A stretch of DNA of 58,517 nt, filler included, from Sphacelaria rigidula (Eukaryota): assembly GCA_964200075.2 (NCBI GenBank). It is 9 parts of 9 records of this genome, joined end to end, with 100 filler letters (N's around TTAATTAATTAA, not from the genome) between each part and the next. Parts side by side here need not be neighbours in the genome. Positions count along the whole stretch, not along the records: positions 45,592 to 52,004 come from CAXNAA020020224.1; positions 52,105 to 58,517 come from CAXNAA020020225.1; 7 more parts are not named here. One strand, given 5' to 3'. The translations under genes and the position numbers were made by a program. Shown one piece after another: positions 50,246 through 58,517 of the stretch (position 1 is its first letter; each line of letters starts with the position of its first letter). Under the pieces are notes generated by a model. The model saw nothing but the letters and a program-made list of their open reading frames with translations, made no database searches and was not told where the DNA came from.

Positions 50246-53200
50246 GTGCGAGCAGGAAAGGGACACGACCTGGGGGTATGTGAGGGGTGTGTGATCGATC
50301 TTACTCGAAAACCTGCCCACTCTGGATAATGACGATAGATTGTATTGTCAGAAAGTGTACTGCATACAGAGTGGAATATATTGTCTATTGCAATAGACAC
50401 GATGGTCGATACTGTACGCAGTACACTTTTTGACGATGTAATCTATTGCCGTTATCCAGTGTGTGAAAACCTCAGTGCCTGGAAGTTGACGAGGTTCGGA
50501 CACTGAGTTCTGGACTTGAACGGGTGTTGGACTCCGACTTGATTGGATTTGCTTTGTTTCGCGTGACGCTCTGAACACATCCCGCCACGGAGGCCAACAC
50601 CCATCGGTGTTGGATGTTTATCTCTTTGCTTGTGGTGGTGCATACATGCCTGTCGCCGCACATTAACGGCATTGTTTAGCGTCGACTGGGCCCGCGGTTA
50701 TTGCGTGCTCCGGGCTGTACCCAGTGTTGCGGTGTATGTATGTACATACAGTACAGTACATACATATATACGATTATCGCCCATGTGCCGTCAAAAGGTG
50801 CTCACGTCGTCAGGTTTAGTTATCATTTTCGTCTATTGGATCGATGACTCTATTTCCCACTTTTTTTATTGTTGTGCACAACAGTATGGACCATTTAGCT
50901 CATGTACCGACTTCTATTTTGTTTCTCCCCGATTTTTTTCTTTTCTTTTTTCATCTCAGATATAAGGTCGATCCCCTCATCCCCTATACTCTGACTGTAC
51001 ATGAATATGCTTTTCTGTGTTCATCTTACGGTGTTCTTCCATTTGTGCTTTATTTGCATCGGGGTATCGTCGTGTGTGGGCGTTTGTCGCTGTGTTTATG
51101 GGTACCAATGAAAATGCGCTTGGCCATTGCTTAGGGTTGTGCTTTCCGAAACTCCCCCATGCACCCATGTTTGTGTGATTTGATTTATCGATTGATTGAT
51201 TGTTGCGCATTACAGGCTGGTTTACGGTTATCAACCCTAAAAAACACTCATCCGTAAAAACTCACGCTTTTTTTTGGAGTTAGACCCTGAAATTTTGCAC
51301 AAATATACAAAATGGGTTATGACGCAACTTTCGAACGTCAGAGTGTACAACAGTTCGCCTTTTTTTCACCGTTTTTTTCGGGGGTCCTAGGGTTTTGGGG
51401 GAAAACTTGGATTCCATCGGACCACGGAGAACGGTAAAAAGTTAAAAAGCACAAAAAAGATCGTCCATCGAAACTCCCATCGTGACCTATAGCACATTTG
51501 TGCAACATCGCGCTTTTGTGCAAAGTTTTCAGGGTCTAATAAATAAAAACGGCGTATAGCATTTGTGCCATGACGTGAGGTTGAAACGTGCAAACTCCAA
51601 TCTGCTTGGTTTCAGTATGAAAACGTCTTTTTCGGGTGTATTTAACGTCAAGGCGAGAAAAAATGTGTGAGGTCTCTGCGTTTCTCAACCAAACTTTGTA
51701 CATATGTTCCTTGAACTACCCCGGGACGCATCATTTCGTGTTTCTTCTTTCGAGGCATTCTGTACCGTCTTCCGGGGGTGTTCACGCTGGGGCCTACGGA
51801 ACTGCCAAGTTTGAGGGCGACCTGAGTCTTGCTAGGACAGATATAAGGGAAACCGTTACGAGGCTCCCTGGGTCTTTCGCTTCCATTATCAGGGTGGAGC
51901 TACACGTCGATATCCTGCCCAGGGATATCAAGGGCCTCAGTGGCCAACTATTGCAGAAAGCATGTTGGGCCTCGGGGAAGTGCATTTCGGAACGGAAACG
52001 ATTCNNNNNNNNNNNNNNNNNNNNNNNNNNNNNNNNNNNNNNNNNNNNTTAATTAATTAANNNNNNNNNNNNNNNNNNNNNNNNNNNNNNNNNNNNNNNN
52101 NNNNCGTTTCCGGTGATGAGATATTGCTCTGCCAGGTTAAATCGGTTTCTGGGCTGGCCCAGCTCCTACTGGACATCGTGGAAGGGCATTTCGGAACTGA
52201 AACGGGTCATGCACTAATTGACCGCTTTCCATTCTCAATCGTATCCTTTACCCTCAATCTCACAAAAACCCTGTTTGTAGTGATGGCTTGGCTGCTATCA
52301 TCACTGCTGTCGCTGGTGCTCGGGGGCAGTCAGCGTTTTGGTTTATTGTCCTTCGTTCGCCAGTAACGTGATGGCCCTTACCCCTTACCCCCATGAGAAC
52401 AAAACAGGGCTGTGTCCATCACGAGTGCTGGCAGACACTCTGCATGTAGGTTAGCTGCCCAGCAATGTAGCTCAGTTCATGTCTGCATGCAGCGTGTTGC
52501 AAACAGCACTCGAATACAGNNNNNNNNNNGCTCCCAAGCCCTGTAGATACTACAGCAGTAGCACTACTGCTTATACTGTAGTCTTGTGTGCACGGTCAGT
52601 GCGGTCCTGTCTCTTTAAATCTTGGGTGCGTGGGCAGTCTGTACTGCATCGCGAGTGTTGTTCGCATCGCGCGTGTTTCATAAAAAAAATGGAAATCACT
52701 GTCTGCGCTTTCGATTTTTTTGCGCCGGGATCCTGACTCGAAACATTCGCCGACAAGCGGGCAAGATCACCCTCTGCGACACAACAGACACGGAGCGATC
52801 GGTGGTGATGCGTGGTGTTGGCCGCAGTGCGTTCTCGCACGCAAGATCAAGACATCGCTGGCCGTAATGTAATCAAGACTGTACTAGTTACATTCACTTC
52901 GAAGAACACGTGCTCAAAACTGAAATGTGACGAAGAAAAGCATGGTATATAAAGATGTTGTACGGGCTGATGTCCCATCCGAACGACGGAAGCATGGTAA
53001 CATAAACCATGAACACCACAGAGTAAGACCATGCTGCGTGCGGCTCACCCCGACTAAATGTACGCAGCCGATCGTCTCTGCCCATAACCCCATCCCCACC
53101 CCCGATCAATGATCTCTTCCTCCTTCTNNNNNNNNNNCGCTCCGTTTCCGGTACTCGTCAGTCATCTCCACTTTGGGCAGCTGCTGTTGCGGGCATCTGC

Positions 53201-54879
53201 CTCTTTCCTTTGTTGTTGGGTTTCGAAGCTTCCGCTGCAATGGAGCAAAATCACCCCCCCACACATCGGCCGACTACAAGTTGTCTGCTGTCTGCTGTGC
53301 GGCATTTATATGTACACTGTGCATGTGTGTGTGTTCTCGTCTCATCCATTCTGCACGCCAGTCTAGACATTTTAGTATATGTGGGCGCACCAGCCGGGGT
53401 GATACACACAGAAGGTCCGTGTTCAGGTTTTGAAACTGGAAAACCCCGCATACTGCCGTGTTGTCTGGTGTTGAGTGTAGTAGTCTATGCTCCATACACC
53501 ATTGCAAACGTATCTTGTTTCGAGTATACTGGCCTGTACTCACGACATTGGGGTCATGGTTCTAGCAGTTTTTCAAAGAGTTCTGCTCGTTTTTCGAAAA
53601 GTTCGCTTGTTGTTTTTAACGAATTCCGAAAAAAACGAGAGCGTTTTCTGTCACAGAAATCTATAGCCGAATCCGGAATAGCCTGAAACAACAACCAATT
53701 TGGAAATTGGAATATTTGAGCTTCGAGTGCTGAGGTATCCGATCAGGGGGAGTGTTCGAGTGATTCAGACACTCAGTAATGCTGGATCTACGTAATACCG
53801 GGGGTCGGGGTGACGTACTAGTACCGACAATCAAGTGTGTTCAAATGTGGTACAGTACAGTTGAGAGCAGCGGAGCAGTCCGTCACCCTTGAACATTCTC
53901 ATTCATCTACTCACCACCTCATCAGCACTCTCCCAAGTTATAGTAGGACTGGGGTGCTCTTCAATAAAATGTCTGAAACCATTACCCTGCGCCTGAGCCA
54001 ACGAATAGACAGCCTGGAGCATTTCAGGTGTTCGGTTCATGAGATGTCCCCTTCAGTTGTTTCTGACGTTGACACCGATGCCGCCACCAAATGTTTAGGC
54101 ACACCTTTTGTCCATCTCGCCATGTTCACTCTCGTGTTGACCCATTAAGCACCCTGTGACGAGGTGCTGATTGCTTCTACGCAGTTTACCGCCTTCATTC
54201 CTGAATCAGCAAAGCATGGCAAACGGGGTTCGCCTGGTTTGCGATTTGTGTCCCGATACCAAACAAGGTGGATGGGGGGTTGTCGCACGCTGTCTCATCT
54301 TCCTCCAAGTCATCACCGCCGGAGCTCACGAATCCACTGCATTCTGATGTCTCGTCAATGCCAGCGAAGCGTGTCACGAAAGACTCATCGTGGTTGCAGG
54401 GGGGGAGAGCGGAGATGGTTTTCAGCCAAGCGAATGCGGCTCACAAGCCGGTCCGTAGTCCTGATGGCACGGCCACGGGTATGCAATCGAAATGACAGGT
54501 GTGCGACGATGAGAACAAGGGTGCGACTAGATTACGGCATACATGTGGCATGCAACATCTTCGCTATGCTGGGCAAAAAGTATCGGCTCATTGAAGCCGA
54601 CAGGTGAGGATCTCAGAGCAGGGACTCATCAACACTAGAGCACATCATTACGGCGAGGAAATGGGGCAACCGTTGTTTAGGGCAAAACGCCGTGATCCCA
54701 CGTAGGTCTACCGCGGAGGAACACTTTGAATTGCACCAAACGTTGAACTTCGTATTGTCGCAGCCATATGCAGGAATATAAACAAACGTTATGGGATTTT
54801 TGAGCAGCACTCGGTGCACACCCGTGTACGAATATCGAATTGGACACGTGAAGTATTAAAGTTGCGTGAAATGGAGGAG

Positions 54880-55469
54880 TGTTGGAATTTGATAAGTAAC
54901 ACTTCCGCATATACATACTCGAGATTGGCGATACAACCAGTTACGGTTCATCGTTTGAACAAAGACCAGAGTAACAACCGAAGAAGTGGACTATTCATCG
55001 CAGAACAATGGATAGCTCATGTACTGTATAGCTCGTATGAAGGACGTCAGCATGTTGTCGGAATATTCAGAGAGTTGAGTACGACGAGTCTAAGGTATCA
55101 ACAGTTTGAATAAACAGTTTCATAGTGCCCAAGAGCTTTGTCGAGAGAGAGACAGCCCTACGTCATTTACTCTGCAAAGCGACCCACCTCAAGTAAGCGT
55201 GCCAGATTGTCATCAGTATTCTATAGAGTAGAGACTGGTTGTGTCAGATTTGAGTCACGGTCGGATGAGGAGCCAAGTCTAAACAACTTTTATCAAAGCA
55301 CAAGCAAGTTTAACCATCACTGTGTAGCCTTTGCGAGCTCTTTCGTCAGAGCTGGGTTTACCAGTTGCACCAACTGTTCCTATCACTTTGACAGTTCAAC
55401 GTTGTGTTTTGAACACAAGCCACGATAGCCATATATATTCCGACACGTCAGAGCCCCGCCACGTCAACA
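54880..55469 (+). mobile_element. Probable Copia LTR (TGTTG...CAACA, 590 bp)
   Basis: Inverted TGTTG/CAACA termini, followed by PBS-like ggtgatcagc and then gag. No second LTR in the contig to confirm it. Confidence 0.6.
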
Positions 55470-55758
55470 GGTGATCAGCAACGTTTATAGGTGTGAACCC
55501 CAAGATGTGACTGCAGCAATACTTGTTTTACTTCTATTGTGTGACTACAATAAATAACGGTAGTCTTCGGCACCAGCAATCAGGACACCCCATCGAGGAC
55601 GTCAAACTGCAGCAAGGAAAGAGCGCGGTCGTCCCGCTTTTCAGCGATGACATCAAGAGAAAATTAAGGTGTGTATAGTATAGTTCCGTCGCGAAGACGA
55701 AGAAATCTGAGGTGAAGAAACATTGAGGTGTGACTAGAAGTAACACAGATTGCAACCG

Positions 55759-57540
55759 ATGAATGTACCTGGACCGCCATCTGTTACTGAAGTCATAGGG
55801 AGTATAAGTAAGTTTAACGGGACAAATTTCCATGAGTGGAAACGGTCCGTTCGGGCAGTAGTTTCACTAACAAACCCTGGCATTTCGTAAATTATTGACG
55901 GCAGAAATCGTCCCGAAGACATTTGTGAGCTTAGGCAGCGGCAGGATGTAGGAATTCCGCAACTCAGTGCTTGAGGTACGTCGAGGGTAAGCTCTATAGC
56001 AACACGTTCTAGAAGCATTCCAACGGGATCAGGAACAGAAACGTCTCCAGAGGAGACATCGACGGTAAGGGTAGCTGTCTCGTTTAGCCAGGACTCCACA
56101 GTTGGAGTAGACTATACTGACACCCATGTAAAAGTAGTCAGCAACACGCAGGAAGTGGCTACTTGCAATCGCAATAATGAAATGCTGTTTCATATATTGT
56201 ACTTGACTACAAGCGGACCTGCGAACAGTTATTTGCTGAGGTTCGAACCACAGGGCGCTGATACACGTGGTGAAAGAGCCTGATTGATTGATTGATTGAT
56301 TGTCGCACTTTAACTGAGAAGGATTGATTGCGAAGAATCACAACTCGTCTAAGCAAAGACGTCGTATCCTCATGAGACAGTTGGATAATTCAACCATTTC
56401 ACAGGGTGAGGATCCAGACGTGTTCTTCACACAAATATGTCAACTCGAGGACCAGCTCAATAATATGGGAGAGAGCGTCACTGATGAACGATTAACATAT
56501 ATGATCATACAAGGGCTAAGCGACGATCATGTACAAATCAAGCATAACGCTGACCGCGATCTTGAATTTAGCTTGAAGACATTGAGTCAACCATACGTAG
56601 TTTGTTCATGAACAGGATATCGCGTGGTATCTCGAATGAAAAGTCACATGATGGAGATGGTGCTATGATTGCGGCATCGCCTGTTGAATATCATGGGAAG
56701 AAAACACGACGTCAAGTAAAGTGGTTCACGTGTAGTAAGATAGGCCATTATATCCGTGAATGCCGATATTGCTAGACGAAATGGTGTACGTTACACGAGA
56801 CAACCAACCATGATTACACGGAGTGTAGAAGTCAAAATAGGAAGAAAGGCACAGGGAGTGATGATTGGAATGTCGAGCAGGATAGCAATGTCGAGCAGGA
56901 TAGTAATGTCAAGCATATTAGTGGAAATCTGGAACATGCCTATCGGCAAGTAAACACAGTTACCCTGGAGCCAAGTACATATTTAGAGCCTACAAATGCA
57001 CAAGTGATACATGCAAGTGTATCGTCGGAACCAGTAGTAGATAATCCAACCACGAGCGGGACGGGATTCACCCTTCTCACGGAGCCTGGAGGTAATTGCA
57101 GTGGAAAGGTAGCCATGTCTACCTCGGTTTCAGTAATAATCGACTCAGGAGCAGACACGCGTTGCGTAGACAGTAATTTACCACCTGTTATTGAGCGGTA
57201 ATTTTCATATTATGTTCAGTCCAGCCCCCCAGAAGGTACACGAACAGCAGGGGAAAACCTGTTAGGAGGGGAAGGTGAAGGAGTTGTACACACGATGGTA
57301 ACAGATGCCCATGGCTATGAGAGGTCCGAGTGTTTACCAGCCATCGTAGTACCCAAATTAGGGAAACATTGTTTTCGCCTCACAAAGCACTCAAGAAGGG
57401 CGTGAGCACTATTTTTTCAGCGGATCCACCTCTAGATTTGGGAGATTTTCAAGTTTCAATGAACGTTAATAACAGCGGGAGATCAAGGAGTATACGCATG
57501 AAAATCATACGTGAGGGTAATTTTCAAGTAGCTCAGCGCT
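55759..57540 (+). mobile_element. Ty1/Copia gag-protease pseudogene
   Basis: KFNGTNFHEWK; RRRILMRQL...GEDPDVFF...MGESVTDERL; zinc knuckle (W)FTCSKIGHYIREC; protease IIDSGAD. Stops and frameshifts present. Confidence 0.88.
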
Positions 57541-58517
57541 GACGACTACAGTGGTATAAGCAAAATCAATGGGCTTAGGCACAATTCTGTTAGTCGGTGA
57601 GAGAGCAAAAGTATAAAGCGGAAGAAGAGCAGTGAAAGTGAGATATCATCGATCAAGTCTGAGACAGTAGATCAAAACAAGAGTAGACACGACTCTACAG
57701 CCGAGAACAATAACAACTTTCACGAGCAAAGTAAATAGCGGCAACAACAGCAGTCATATTTACGACATAAAGCAGCGTGTATCAAAGAGATACTACTGAG
57801 GATCAAGAGCATAATAGACTCATCATTAGGCGAACAGGTTCGATTTAAGCAGAACAAGCCATGCCCAGCGAGTAAAAACATGAGATCAGTTCGATCACCT
57901 GTGTACCTGAACAGTAGATGGGTAGAATTGCCTGCATACATCAACGTCAATAAAGATAGACATATACGTGAAATAGAAGAGGCACGACCGCACAATGGTT
58001 TTACATCCAAACCACCTCGAGTAATGCAAACAGCAGGATTGTGAATCTCCAGCGACAAGTAATTACGGAGCAAGAACAAATCCGACAAGCATTCGACCGT
58101 CATGGATAACAGCGACGACGTCGACACCAAGAAGCAGCCGACAAACATACTGCAGACTAACATTTGACGTATTTTGTAGAGACGTGTAACTCGTGGAGAA
58201 TAAGCATCATCAACGACGGCGTAGTGGAACGACGATCGAGTGAGGAGCAACAAGACAAGAGAGCAACTTCGACAGCATCAACGAGGGATGACTCAGTGAG
58301 ACTAGCAGATACGAGTCTTCGATTTGTTTCAATCGTTACGAACACCATTCTCATGAGATTCAGAGCGTAGTATCTGATTCAGAGTGAGACCCGAAACAAT
58401 CGACTTTCCCGTCGATTTTGACATCGCCACAGACACTTTCTAAAATAGCCCCCCCCCAAAAAGTGCACGGTTTCGGGAGACAAAATCTTGACGTTAATCG
58501 AAATGGGAAAGGCCGAG

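Noticed and set aside
1..58517. Prokaryote-type systems (CRISPR, defence operons) or Fanzor/TnpB
   Set aside because: No repeat-spacer array, operon structure or RuvC/zinc-finger motifs were seen.

Overview
Eukaryotic, intron-rich and repeat-rich DNA. The gene and repeat style suggests a brown alga or other stramenopile (inference). The window is not one locus. It is nine contigs of exactly 6413 bp joined by eight artificial 100-bp spacers (N44-TTAATTAATTAA-N44), so no synteny can be assumed across spacers. Genes: one complete intronless P-type PPR gene (7631-9280, minus); four exons of SMU1, including a GC-AG intron; the first two exons of a dynactin p150-like CAP-Gly gene, head-to-head with a compact multi-exon unknown gene; EF-hand exons; exons of a HEAT/ARM-like protein; and a five-exon chain of a low-complexity protein. 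The rest is mobile-element debris: a Copia remnant, a degenerate gag-like LTR element, two LINE RT remnants, a tRNA-derived SINE family and many MITEs or foldbacks. The most unusual signal is a LINE family with no poly(A) tail. All four copies sit in poly(C) tracts, three have TSDs that start in the C-run, and all are intronic and in sense orientation to the host gene. This is a candidate poly(C)-targeting non-LTR retrotransposon.
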